From the NCBI GenBank assembly GCA_963667175.2, contig CAXXXF010000004.1:192001-256000 (forward strand): DNA of 64,000 nt, in the 5' to 3' direction. Both the position numbers and the translations under genes were made by a program. Source of the DNA: Candidatus Latescibacterota bacterium. GTDB taxonomy: Bacteria; Latescibacterota; UBA2968; GCA-2709665. Position 1 is the first letter of the stretch; each line of letters begins with the position of its first letter. The notes under the pieces are model-generated. The model was not told where the DNA came from, made no database searches, and saw only the letters and a list, made by a program, of their open reading frames with translations. Below are positions 12,901-20,403 of the stretch, in pieces.

Positions 12901-14277
12901 CCCAACCCGAACCTGGATTGGAGCCAGCTCCCTGTACGCGTGACATCCGAGGCAACGGGCTGGCCCCATCGCCCCGACAGACCGTCCAGGGCGGGAGTTA
13001 GCGCATTCGGGATATCGGGATCGAATGCCCACGTGGTCGTGGAGGGATATGGAAAACCGGCCGTCGGCAGTCCGGAATCGGGACTCCTTTCTGCCGGGTC
13101 CGCTCAACAGGTATCCATTTCGTTGCCGGAGACGGTCGCGGACCTGCCGCTGCCGGAGGATGGGCAGTTGCAGAAGCGGGAGGCCCGGTTCCTGCCCTTA
13201 TCCGGGAAGGCCGAAGGAGCGATCCGGGAGCTTGCGGCGCGCTACGCGGCCTGGTTGGACGAACATGATGGGGAGACGTCTTCCCACGCAGCTCAAGCGG
13301 ACATGCTCGCCGACATGGCCTGGACCGCAGGGGTGGGCAGGAGTCATTTCGCCTACAGGGCGGGTGTGGCTTTCAACGACGTCGCGTCGTTGCGTGAAGG
13401 ATTGAAGACAGTGGCGGAGGAGGAGGAAGGGTTGGTACCCGTGAAGGCCACGAAGGTGGCGTTCGCCTACGCCGGGAAGGACAGTCACCAGGCAGGCATG
13501 GGCCGTTCGCTGTACGAAACGGAACCCGTCGTACGTGCGATTCTGGATCGCTGCAACGAGGTTTTTCGCGAAATGCGAGGCGCCTCGCTGTTGGAGGTCA
13601 TGTTCAGGCCCGCGGAATCAGACGGCGCCGTACAGGACCCTGCCTGGCAGCAGCCGGCGATCTACACGTTGCATTGCGCGCTTACGGAATTGTGGTCCAG
13701 TGTGGGTATCCGACCGAACGTGGTCGTTGGACGTGACCTTGGAGAACTCGCGGCAGCCAGGGCGGCGGGGATATTCAGTCTGGAGGAGGGATTGCGAATT
13801 GCGGCTTCCCTGGGCGGGGAAGCGCCTTTGGAGAAAATCGCGGCTGCGCATCCGTCGATCGACGTGATAAGCGGCGCCACGGGGCGTTCTGTCGAACCGG
13901 ACGACGCCCTCGAGGGCGAGTACTGGCGCCGCAAGGCGAACGAACCGGCGAGACTGGACCGTTGTTTCGAAACCCTGGTCGAAACCGGGGTCAACGTCGT
14001 GATCGAGATCGGGCCGGATGCTGTAACCGGCGCCGATTCAGCAGGGGCGTGGCCGAAGTCCGCGAATGGCGGGGAGGCGCCGGTTGTGCTTTCCAGCATG
14101 CCGCGGCCATCCGGTGACGATGCGGGGGCGTGCTGCGACCGATTTATCGAGACGGTCGCGGGCGCTTACGAGACGGGGCTGGCGATTTCCTTCGAGGGCC
14201 TTTTCGCGGGAGAAAACCGGCGACGCATTGCCCTGCCGCTCTACCCCTTCCAGCGCAGGCGCCACTGGTTCCAATGA
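3991..14277 (+). CDS. supA: Type I PKS/FAS of sup type: KS-AT-DH-cMT-ER-KR-ACP-KS-AT(degenerate)
   Basis: KS DTACSSS/HGTGT/NIGH; AT GHSFG/NAFHS; DH HRVFDRLVAP and LLDGCFQ; MT LEVGAGIG; ER IHAAAGGVG; KR GGLGGIG; ACP DLGIDSL; KS2 ELNCASS; AT2 GRDLG. Domain order and neighbours match the sponge-symbiont sup cluster. Confidence 0.9.
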   Translation: MVAYGQVESSGNLNDDRAKSGSSQPIAIVGMACRFPGAPDVASFWQLLEAGENAVSEGVPGSGDGRIGELFPDADIQSEACRFGAYLDRIDLFDAAFFRISPVEAQLLDPQQRLMLETSWKAIEDAGMDPDRLKGSRTGVYAGISNHDYRSLILGGTEITEPAASLYAVSGTSFNTAIGRVAFALGLEGPAMALDTACSSSLVAIHQAVSGLQRGEADLALSGGVHLIVSGRLSELRGKAGMLAPDGQCKTFDAAANGYVRGEGCGIVVLKRLREAEADGDRIWGVIRGSAVNQDGASPGLTVPNGASQERVIGEALSDAGLTPSEVDYLEAHGTGTTVGDPIELEAAAAAYGNGRAADRPLLIGSVKTNIGHLEPAAGVAALIKVALAMKHGVIPRHLNFREPNPALDWDRMPLRVTAEQTAWPRRPERLPTAGISGFGWSGTNAHLVVEAYHTEAEGQAGAERRQWPSGTRMRVAVTLPGQTAGPATGTETPADREARFLPLSAKSNEALRGLAGRYLDWLNERAAEPGDADEAQTMLADMAWTAGVGRSHFTHRKGIVFEDVPSLREELRALADSGAANDAPAPSRVAFLYTGQGSHWVGMGEKLYETEPVFRAVLDRCDAVMRKERGGSLLDVMFGRSGDLSNQAWTQAAIFSLECALTALWSSLGVRPHVVLGHSFGEHAAAQAAGVFELEEGVRFASARGELTAALPQGGAMAAVFADVPQVETAIDELNAASDGMGLCIAAYNGAHQVVSGLENDVTEISERFLARDVRVNRLATGNAFHSPMVDPMLDGLENVVANLDIASPSLTLVSNVTGRVLESDERMDGAYWRRHSREPVAFSRSMETLARLGVDLIIEVGPHSVLGSMATMAWPDAAGSAPPPIALSSQLRPSSRVSHAEADRAFAAAAARAYESGLSISFSGLFAGEERRRISLPGYPFQRKSHWVKATRRRPGAGHPLLGSRHESASGEVAFDTEVFPSDPAWLEDHRVFDRLVAPGALYGAMAVSATFSDGDGTDALEDVQLHNPLIFADEDDGDGAGERGRKMQVLIDDSGDAQRIRILSRGDSGDDWTLHAEGRLSPDAGGPRAEAPPDLEGLKTGLSPQDVPAIYRAKAGVGIDHGPSFRTLEAVWSGAGEAFGEVALPAGIDPGGIEIHPLLLDGCFQVMAAAREPAGTWEGVTYLPFGWERLWLAGPLPERVVCHARMSADSRTPSPDTESEPPEVLTGDLRIYDPSGTLLCELDGYTVKRATREALLSAVEGLDELLYEVVWRDGVLSPGMPSADFLPGPSSVAPRSKPFSRYLAAEGVVVEDEAALQADLERLSWAYALSALEKLGWQRRTGADVDPDSLRQDLEVLPEHSRLFRRILEILARSGVLEAAGEGFVVAVGAEDALPEELPHDSDEHATAMNGRYPHGTNEIGLIRRCAGALAEVLRGREDPLSLLFGDAEPQAADLYRRAQVWRAANRMLGEVVQTLAAGLPEGRRLRVLEVGAGIGSATECVLPGLPAGRFNYTYTDISAGFFADAEARFDQADAPMEYRVLDIEKEPAAQGYEAHAYDLVIAANVLHATQYLDETLGHCRELLAPSGQLVALENQRGRDWMDLIFGQLDGWWRFADRYRSDHALAGPDVWRRALGDAGFGEVEILGVDESESAGLPDRGVIVAQGPAEVLLPPAAWVLAGDRGGVATELAAQLAARNQTVVLAGAESTETAGPGHGANGVVRSAVEMERRESWRTLLEELPGDAPLGGIVHLTALDGHGAAASTEEMGEDARRAAASALALTQGVIDADLTPTKGVWYVTRGAQVLERERAGQLGGATLWGFGRVVAREAAHLNPKMIDLDPEAAGLPADFTEELLFPDPDTQIAYRTGRRQVARLVRTAGRLALPEGSDWLLAPSVGGTLQELQVQPLPARSLEPGEVRVAVEARGLNFLDVFRGMGLVGEGLMGEEMCGRIVEVGSGTSTVSAGDRVVGLAFGTFGPEVVTREELVALTPAGIPVAALATMPTVFVTTALSFEIADLKAGERVLIHAAAGGVGLAAVQLAKAAGAEIFATASASKQAYLRSLGVTHVFDSRTTNFGGEILEVTDGAGVDVVLNSLTGEGFIKASLSCLRHGGRFVELARRDILSEEEMAAARPDVAYAILELDVLKKQDPARPGAALRNVMERLGAGELKPLIHSRWPLAEAGAAMEFMRDARHIGKIVLTGPSLVDGRLRQDRTYLVTGGLGGIGCALAGWLAERGAGAIVLNGRRAPDPEAEETITALRERGVTVRVELADVTDAHAVDAMFERIKGELPPLGGVIHSVGVLSDASLANQSWERFEHVLRPKVLGAWHLHRSTADCELDLFVLFSSVAGILGNPGQANHAAANTFLDQLAAHRRALGLPGQAIAWGAWSGLGEAEEQRERIARRREAAGTGWFSPEQGLRVFDRLLREDPTTSVVLAADWSVFGEAIEGRPSLFEDLLPAAEDASADAPDTSEDLLSTLEVTPAAGREELLVSFLQQEVQAVLRLPAAPAPAVGFFDLGIDSLMAVELRNRLNRAFAGNYVAPNTLVFDYPDIASLAGHLVGELGEIESAPAPVPEPQPEPERAPTSPREGNGVAIVGMACRFPGASNVMEFWKQLEAGANALTDGRWNSGTTGSCPEELTGEFRAYRSGGFVDGIDRFDARFFRIAPIEARTMDPQQRMLLETSWQALEDAGIDPGGLRGSRTGVYAGIAASEYRDLMASGNHDISYLGTSASMTVGRVAFVLGLEGPAIPVELNCASSLVALHQAVTGLREGEVDLALVGGVNAVLSPRLTREMAELGMLSPEGQCKAFDGSANGFVRGDGCGMVVLKRLADAEADGDRIWGVIRGSAVNQNGAAAGPTVPNGPAQERLIEAALARAGIAPSDVDYLETHGAGSAMGDSIELQAAAAVYGREREADRPLLIGSVKTNVGHLETVAGIAGLIKTVLAMKHGMIPRHLHFRDPNPNLDWSQLPVRVTSEATGWPHRPDRPSRAGVSAFGISGSNAHVVVEGYGKPAVGSPESGLLSAGSAQQVSISLPETVADLPLPEDGQLQKREARFLPLSGKAEGAIRELAARYAAWLDEHDGETSSHAAQADMLADMAWTAGVGRSHFAYRAGVAFNDVASLREGLKTVAEEEEGLVPVKATKVAFAYAGKDSHQAGMGRSLYETEPVVRAILDRCNEVFREMRGASLLEVMFRPAESDGAVQDPAWQQPAIYTLHCALTELWSSVGIRPNVVVGRDLGELAAARAAGIFSLEEGLRIAASLGGEAPLEKIAAAHPSIDVISGATGRSVEPDDALEGEYWRRKANEPARLDRCFETLVETGVNVVIEIGPDAVTGADSAGAWPKSANGGEAPVVLSSMPRPSGDDAGACCDRFIETVAGAYETGLAISFEGLFAGENRRRIALPLYPFQRRRHWFQ

Positions 14278-14366
14278 TTGGGTCGGCAGCACCGGACGGT
14301 CCGGAACATCGTTCCGGCTGCGCTGCGGGATTTTTGTTGTTCATTCTTCTGACCCAAAAAAACGAA

Positions 14367-14395
14367 TTGACTTGACATCAGATGATCGCTATCTT
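14367..14395 (+). promoter_or_regulatory. Putative internal sigma70 promoter for the ACP gene
   Basis: TTGACT-N17-TATCTT about 45 nt upstream of the ACP start. Confidence 0.45.
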
Positions 14396-14440
14396 ATGGG
14401 TCCGTTCAAACCATTTACCTAAAACGAAAGGATCGTGGCA

Positions 14441-14683
14441 ATGGCGTCAACTGAAGATCGTATCAGGAGTCTCATCGCGGACAATCTCGAAGTGGATGGG
14501 CAGCCGATCGCGCTGCCGGATGATTTGAACGTCAGCCTTTTGGAGGCCGGTATCTCGTCCGTGGATCTCGTCGCGTTCGCGAAACTGGTCTCGCAGGAAT
14601 TCGACGTCAAGTTTACTCTTGAAGACTGCGCGAACATCAACAGCGTGCGGGAACTGGTCAATCGCCTGGACGCCGCCGGGTGA
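14441..14683 (+). CDS. supB: Stand-alone acyl carrier protein
   Basis: Small acidic protein with LLEAGISSVDLV phosphopantetheine-site motif, directly after the PKS; RBS AAGGA. Confidence 0.85.
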   Translation: MASTEDRIRSLIADNLEVDGQPIALPDDLNVSLLEAGISSVDLVAFAKLVSQEFDVKFTLEDCANINSVRELVNRLDAAG

Positions 14684-14721
14684 GACGGTTTCTTCAAGGA
14701 GAACGTTCACAGCTCAAGGAC

Positions 14722-14747
14722 TGGCCCCGGATTCCAATCCGGGGCCA
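14722..14747. other. Perfect 12-bp GC-rich hairpin between the ACP and hydrolase genes
   Basis: TGGCCCCGGATT-CC-AATCCGGGGCCA. It has no U-tract, so it may be a stabilising hairpin or weak terminator. Confidence 0.6.
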
Positions 14748-14832
14748 CATTGAATTTAAGGGAAATCCAGACGGCGCCGGCAGATCATGTTCTGCTGCGA
14801 TGTTTTAATTTTTCTCTGGGAAGATCTCGTAT

Positions 14833-15744
14833 TTGACCACGCACCCGGAAACTGTATGGGAAATCCCTGATCCGCAGTCCACGATCGACGTCCCCGTGGA
14901 TGGCGAAACCCGCATCACCTTGCGGCGGCATGGAAATCCCGAGGGTCCACGTCTCGTACTGAGTCATGGCAATGGTCTCGCAATCGATCTCTATTTTCCG
15001 TTCTGGTCTTTGCTTCTGGATGATTTCGACCTGATTGTCTACGACCTGAGGAACCATGGCTGGAACGCGGTGAGTTCTCTTCACGAGCATAGCGTTCCCA
15101 CGTTTGTCAATGACCACGACCGAATTCTGGAAGCAATCGACCTGCACTTCGGGAAGAAACCGAAAATGGGCGTATTTCATTCTGTTTCGGCCCTGATCGC
15201 GTTACTCTCGCCCGCCAGGGGCGCTGGATTCGGCGCCTGCGTTCTGTTCGATCCCCCGTTGTGCCGGCACGGCGACAGTTACGAAGAATTCGACGCCGTG
15301 GCTGAACGGGTGGCAGCAATGACCCGGAGGCGCGCGAATCGCTTCGAGACGCGGCAGGAATTTTCGGAGGTTCTTCCCTACCTGCCTACGTTTCAGCGCG
15401 TGGTGCCGGGTGTTTTCGAGCTTGTCGCAAGAACGACACTTCGCAAATCCGAAAACGGGCAGGTCTACGAACTTCGGTGCCCCCGTGAATACGAAGCACA
15501 GATCGTCGACTATGCAGCCACGTTTGCCGTGCTGGTGGACTTTCCGAAATTCCAGTGCCCGATAAAGGTCATTGGCGCCGATCCTACGTTACCCTATTCA
15601 TATCTGCCGACGCTCGACCTCAGCGACATCGTCACCGTCGACTACGATTTCCTACCTGAAACGACCCACCTCCTGCAATTGGAACAGCCCGCGGAGTGCG
15701 TCGAGGCGATGAGGGAATTCCTCGACAATCATTCGCTCATCTGA
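14833..15744 (+). CDS. Alpha/beta hydrolase (sup-cluster hydrolase, possible chain release)
   Basis: SHGNG oxyanion motif, YDLRNHG, FHSVSA nucleophile elbow, C-terminal THLLQLE His. Confidence 0.85.
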   Translation: MTTHPETVWEIPDPQSTIDVPVDGETRITLRRHGNPEGPRLVLSHGNGLAIDLYFPFWSLLLDDFDLIVYDLRNHGWNAVSSLHEHSVPTFVNDHDRILEAIDLHFGKKPKMGVFHSVSALIALLSPARGAGFGACVLFDPPLCRHGDSYEEFDAVAERVAAMTRRRANRFETRQEFSEVLPYLPTFQRVVPGVFELVARTTLRKSENGQVYELRCPREYEAQIVDYAATFAVLVDFPKFQCPIKVIGADPTLPYSYLPTLDLSDIVTVDYDFLPETTHLLQLEQPAECVEAMREFLDNHSLI

Positions 15745-15910
15745 TTCCATGGCGTTCCGCATTCGCCCCGCTTGCACGACTTGCCTGCCGTTGTTGTTCG
15801 TTGCCGGCTTCCTCGTTTGCTCGCCTGCTTCCTCGATAGCGCGGGAAAGGGTCGAAGACTGCGAGAAGTCGCGGGAGACGCCGCAATGAGTGCCTGAATG
15901 GGAGCGGATT

Positions 15911-16594
15911 GTGAAACTGATCGTTACGAACGACGACGGCATTGAAGCGGACGGCATAAATGCGCTGGTTGGACTGGCGTCTCGGTGGGGTGAGGTCGTC
16001 GTTGTCGCGCCCGCGGCGCCGCAGTCCGGCGTTGGACACCGATTGACAACCGACAGACCCATTCGTGTGGATAGACAGACTGAAGACCGGTTCAGAGTAT
16101 GGGGTACGCCCGCCGACTGTGCGCGCCTGGCCCTGAGCCAGCTGGCGTCCGACGCAGACTGGTTGCTCTCAGGCATCAACAACGGAAGCAATCTTGGCGT
16201 GGACGTCTACGATTCCGGGACCGTAGCCGCCGCCCGGGAAGCGGCGATTCTCGGATACAAAGCCATCGCCCTGTCACAATATAGAGCGAAAGACCGGTCC
16301 ATAGACTGGCCGCTTGCAGCGGACCGGCTCCGGCCCCTTCTTGAGAGAGTACTTAGCCGAACGCTCCAAGCGGGGTGTTTTCTCAACGTGAATCTGCCCC
16401 ACCCTGAACACGAAAGGGTGGGTCTGGAAACCCGATCGACTCCCGTCGACAAGAGCCCCCAGGCCATCTCGTTCAAGCGAAGCGGCAGCGATTATCACTA
16501 TACCGGCGTCTATCAGGAGCGCCCGAGACAACACGGAAGCGACGTTGACGCCTGTTTCAATGGCCGCATTTCGCTTTCCAGGATCCCCATTTGA
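15911..16594 (+). CDS. surE: 5'/3'-nucleotidase SurE
   Basis: TNDDGI, APAAPQSGVG, GTPADC, SGINNGSNLG, SGTVAAA motifs. Confidence 0.93.
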   Translation: MKLIVTNDDGIEADGINALVGLASRWGEVVVVAPAAPQSGVGHRLTTDRPIRVDRQTEDRFRVWGTPADCARLALSQLASDADWLLSGINNGSNLGVDVYDSGTVAAAREAAILGYKAIALSQYRAKDRSIDWPLAADRLRPLLERVLSRTLQAGCFLNVNLPHPEHERVGLETRSTPVDKSPQAISFKRSGSDYHYTGVYQERPRQHGSDVDACFNGRISLSRIPI

Positions 16595-16705
16595 ATATAC
16601 GTGACCACGGTCCCGCCCTGAAACCGACCGGGCGGGCGCAGCCGCGCTGCTGGAGGAATACCGGGCGCATTTCGACCCATAAAGGGGTTCGGTCCTTTTA
16701 CTCAC

Positions 16706-18439
16706 TCACGTGGGGGCCACCCGCACGGTGACGATATCCATGCCGTGGTATTTCTGGTGCCGGACCGAAGAAGCGTAATGGCGTAACATCCGGAACGACA
16801 ATTCGCTTTCATCCAGGGTTTGCGTCTGTTCGTCGAGATACGCGAGACGATCTCCCAGGTTCTCTTCGTCGAAGACCGCTACGAATTCCATTTCTACGGC
16901 CTCTCCCTCCGCGCGCGCGACGATAATCAGGCGCGGCGCCTCATCCTCATGAGACGGGTTCTCCGGCTCCAGTAGACTCGCCAGCGTCTCCTCGCCCGCG
17001 GACCGCAACCGCCTCGTCGTGGCGGCGTCCCATCCCATCCCGTCTGCAACCTCTCTCAGAAACGCGTCGATACGGGGAAGATCCGAAATGTCCAGCCGGG
17101 CTTCCAGGCGCCGGCGACGCGGACCGGTCAGTTCAAGGAACACGGTCAATGCGATCGCCGCGGCCGTGCCAACCGTTATCCCGTTGCCGAGCAGCACGCC
17201 CCAGGGTCTCCCCAACAGGTCCTCGAGGATGTTGTTGCCTTGCATACCGAGTCCGATGGAGAACGCCAGCCCGACCACGATGGCCTTCCGGGCGTCGAGG
17301 CCCGCACGCGATAGGGTCTGGATCCCCTCCACGAAGAGCATGCCGATGGCAACCAACAGGAACCCCCCCATGACGGGGCTGGGAATCACCAGCAGGAGAC
17401 CCGTTACTTTGGGAAAGAAAGCCAGCACCACGAGAAGGCACCCCACGGCATATCCGGCGCCGCGAGCGGCAACTCCGGTAAGATTGATAAGGGACACGGT
17501 GGACGACGAATAGGAGGTCGTGGGCGGTGTCCCGGCAACGCCCGAAAGCAGAATGCCAACCGCATTGGCATAGGTTGAGCCCTGGATCAGCCGGAAATCC
17601 GTCGCCCGGGTCAGGCGGCGCGATACCTGTTGTACGACCATCCCGTCGCCGATTCCTTTGATCGCCTGTACGAGGGTAACGATAAGAAACATCGCCAGAA
17701 GCGCCCAGAATCCTCCGGTCGGCATCAGAGCCAATCCGGGAAACCCGCTGTGGGGAACGCCTACCCACGGCGCCCCAATCAGCCGATCGAATTCGTAAAG
17801 CCCGAGCGGAGCAGCGGAGGCGCAGCCCGCCGCGATTCCAATTAACAGCGACCAGGGCCGCCAGGCTGCGGATCCCCGCAACATCAATACCGTGGATACC
17901 GCCAGGGTAACGGCCGCCACGGTCGGGCCGGCAGCCGCAGATGCCCCCTCGGGTACCTCTTTCAACCGGTCGAACGCGATGGGAAGGATCATCGCGGCAA
18001 TCAGCATCAGTACCGTGCCGGAAACGACTGGCGTAATGATGCGCCGCAGTTGCGGAAGCCACGTCGCGACAGCGAGGTAGAAGAGTGACGAAAGGACGAT
18101 CAGGCTTGCGAGCGTGGCCGCTCCGCCCGCTTCGATGGCCAGGACCGAGACCGCGATGAAGTTGGGCGAAGCGCCCATGATCAGCACGTGACCGCCGCCT
18201 AGCCGCCCGATCCTCGCCGCCTGCAGCACGGTGGCCAACCCGCTGATAATGAGCGCCGCGAAGACGGCCCACGAAAGGTAACGATCGTCCTGGCCGGCGG
18301 CAACGGCGGTGACGGCCACGATCAGTACCGTCGGCGCAAGCCCGATGATGATTCCCTGTATCCCGACGCCAATCGCCTCAGGGAAACGGCATGGCTCGTC
18401 CGGTTCGTAGCGGATTCTGTCGCTTTTACTGTCTGCCAC
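16706..18439 (-). CDS. Xanthine/uracil (NCS2) permease with C-terminal RsbW/HATPase-like domain
   Basis: Multi-TM NCS2-like body followed by a soluble tail (LEARLDISDLPRIDAFLREVA...RLRSAGEETL...) resembling an anti-sigma kinase fold. Confidence 0.8.
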   Translation of the reverse strand: MADSKSDRIRYEPDEPCRFPEAIGVGIQGIIIGLAPTVLIVAVTAVAAGQDDRYLSWAVFAALIISGLATVLQAARIGRLGGGHVLIMGASPNFIAVSVLAIEAGGAATLASLIVLSSLFYLAVATWLPQLRRIITPVVSGTVLMLIAAMILPIAFDRLKEVPEGASAAAGPTVAAVTLAVSTVLMLRGSAAWRPWSLLIGIAAGCASAAPLGLYEFDRLIGAPWVGVPHSGFPGLALMPTGGFWALLAMFLIVTLVQAIKGIGDGMVVQQVSRRLTRATDFRLIQGSTYANAVGILLSGVAGTPPTTSYSSSTVSLINLTGVAARGAGYAVGCLLVVLAFFPKVTGLLLVIPSPVMGGFLLVAIGMLFVEGIQTLSRAGLDARKAIVVGLAFSIGLGMQGNNILEDLLGRPWGVLLGNGITVGTAAAIALTVFLELTGPRRRRLEARLDISDLPRIDAFLREVADGMGWDAATTRRLRSAGEETLASLLEPENPSHEDEAPRLIIVARAEGEAVEMEFVAVFDEENLGDRLAYLDEQTQTLDESELSFRMLRHYASSVRHQKYHGMDIVTVRVAPT

Positions 18440-18778
18440 TCAGAGGTATCTCCGGCTTAATCTTCGGGCGCAATTCCCGCAATGCCTGGCGCCGCGCTTG
18501 CGAGCGATCGTGCTCGTCAAGAATATTGAAATCTCGTGAACAAATCAACCGGCGATCGTGTCCTTCCCGAAAACGCAAAAGCCCTTTTGGTATTCCGTAC
18601 GGGACGCCGGCGCGGCGACCGCTTATGCGTTCGTGTTCCACGCTTGATCCGGAATAAAAAAGGGCTTCTTCGAATGCAAAGACAGCTTTTCGCCACCTCG
18701 GGACTCAACGCCCCCGGGTGGTGGATGTATCAAGGCTCCCCGATCGGTTCCTCACATCCTGCGAGATCGGAAACGAGC

Positions 18779-19063
18779 TTATTGACGCTTGTCGACGACC
18801 TCACCGAGCTTCTCTTCGGCAAGGTTGAACATCCCCTCCAGGTACTGCTTGCGCAACAGGTTCAACTCCGCAACCCGCTGCCACAGGACCTCCTCAATCG
18901 AGGCGACTGCTTCCTTGCGCACCTCGGAGGGGAGAGTATCGTCGATTTGGAACTCGTACTTCTCAATCGTAAATTCAGCGATATCCGATATGTTATCGCC
19001 AATGATTTCCATATCGACAGCGCTTCTCATCGATCCGATTTTTTCCTCATCCGTGTTCATCAT
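18779..19063 (-). CDS. Small acidic hypothetical protein
   Basis: 94 aa with protein-like helical composition, co-oriented downstream of the STAS gene. Confidence 0.6.
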   Translation of the reverse strand: MMNTDEEKIGSMRSAVDMEIIGDNISDIAEFTIEKYEFQIDDTLPSEVRKEAVASIEEVLWQRVAELNLLRKQYLEGMFNLAEEKLGEVVDKRQ

Positions 19064-19129
19064 GGCAACTCCGATATGGTTGGCCGGTCGGCTGTTCCGC
19101 GGCAGAATGGAAAATCTGCAAGCAACAAC

Positions 19130-19477
19130 TCAACTGCTACCGTACGCTGCTATGGCCTCGGTCTGTGACTCGTAAATGTCGATGATTTGATCGAAACCGC
19201 TCATGGTGATCACTTTACGGACCCGTTCCGTAAGTGCGCAGACCCCGAACTGCTTGCCCGGGTCCTTGAATTTCCGGGAAATGATGATTCCGAGGCGAAG
19301 CCCCGCGCTGCTGATATAGGATACCTGTTCGAAGTCCAGAAGCAATGCGTTGTCTTCCGGGCCGATTCCGGACTCGATGACACGCTGAACTTCCTGCGCA
19401 TTGCTGCCGTCGATACGACCCGCCAGGATCGCGATCAGGATTCCGTCTTTCCGATCCCATTTGACATCCACGTCCAT
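19130..19477 (-). CDS. STAS-domain anti-sigma factor antagonist (RsbV/SpoIIAA-like)
   Basis: GRIDGSNA, LLLDFEQVSYISSAGLR phospho-Ser motif, SGFD; RBS GGAGG before ATG at 19477. Confidence 0.9.
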   Translation of the reverse strand: MDVDVKWDRKDGILIAILAGRIDGSNAQEVQRVIESGIGPEDNALLLDFEQVSYISSAGLRLGIIISRKFKDPGKQFGVCALTERVRKVITMSGFDQIIDIYESQTEAIAAYGSS

Positions 19478-19734
19478 CTGAACCCGCCTCCGCACAGTGG
19501 CATCAATTCAATCTCGCGAATGTCAAATGAGTGACCCCGGTATCTATTAATTATTATAAGGAAAATGGACGGTTTAACAAGCCCGCGAACCGGAAAACCG
19601 CGTGAAACAGCCCGGATGGACTTTATCAACGGGCTGTCAGGGTTGGGTGCTCTGATTCAGAAATCGGGCAATTCGTTCCCGGTTAGCGGTAAGGCTTGTT
19701 AACGCCCTGGCTTCCCGCCTGAGACTTGCTTATA

Positions 19735-20403
19735 TCACGCTGCAGTGAACGCCAAGAATGCGTGATGTAATGCTATCGGTGAAGCTCCCTTGCGCGGATG
19801 GCAACTTCCCCACGCCCACGACTCGAGGATTAAGTCTGACGGTTTCAAGTTCTCATTGGTACGTGATTTGCGGTTCAATATCCTGTTAATGCCGGTGACC
19901 GCCACGTGCTCGTCGCCAGCGAGCAGGTACCCGACCATGAACCCCGTGGAGTGATTGCCGGAGTACTTGCCGGTCCGGAAGCGGTCGATGCCTTCAGCGA
20001 CGTACTCACGGCAGAGGTAGCCGCTGTTGCCGTCGATACGCTTGCATTCAATAATCGCGTGGGGATCGTGTTCGCCGAATCGCAGAAAAATCTCGATTGA
20101 TAGAATCGGGATGTCGGTTCTGCCATCCGGCACAAGCATATCAGGACGGGACCGGGATTCAGTTCCGGGTAGTACAGCCATTTTCTTGCCCCACCGCATC
20201 CCTTTGAGTCCCAGAGCTCGTCGCATTCCATCCCGTAGCCGTTCCGTGATTTCGACTTCGCCGGCTTTCGCATTGACGTCCCGCGACTGTGACGCAAACT
20301 CCCAGCCGACTTCAACCGTTCGCAAGATCGCCGTGGCAATATCAGGTCCGAGATTGATAAACCGGCGGCCGGCCGTCGTTGTAACATCAAACGGCAACTT
20401 CAT
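19735..20403 (-). CDS. Putative PD-(D/E)xK nuclease-fold protein coupled to the MTase
   Basis: GRTDI...IIECKRI motif; 4-nt overlap with the upstream MTase gene. Confidence 0.6.
   Translation of the reverse strand: MKLPFDVTTTAGRRFINLGPDIATAILRTVEVGWEFASQSRDVNAKAGEVEITERLRDGMRRALGLKGMRWGKKMAVLPGTESRSRPDMLVPDGRTDIPILSIEIFLRFGEHDPHAIIECKRIDGNSGYLCREYVAEGIDRFRTGKYSGNHSTGFMVGYLLAGDEHVAVTGINRILNRKSRTNENLKPSDLILESWAWGSCHPRKGASPIALHHAFLAFTAA

Noticed and set aside
7897-13107. Long minus-strand ORFs (564, 390, 621, 424 aa) within the PKS
   Set aside because: Antisense shadows of a well-supported PKS gene.
15749-15889. 46-codon signal-peptide-like ORF before surE
   Set aside because: Could be a 5' gene remnant but is too short to assign.
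18440-18778. Possible decayed gene between the permease and the 94-aa ORF
   Set aside because: Protein-like patches in several frames but no identifiable family.
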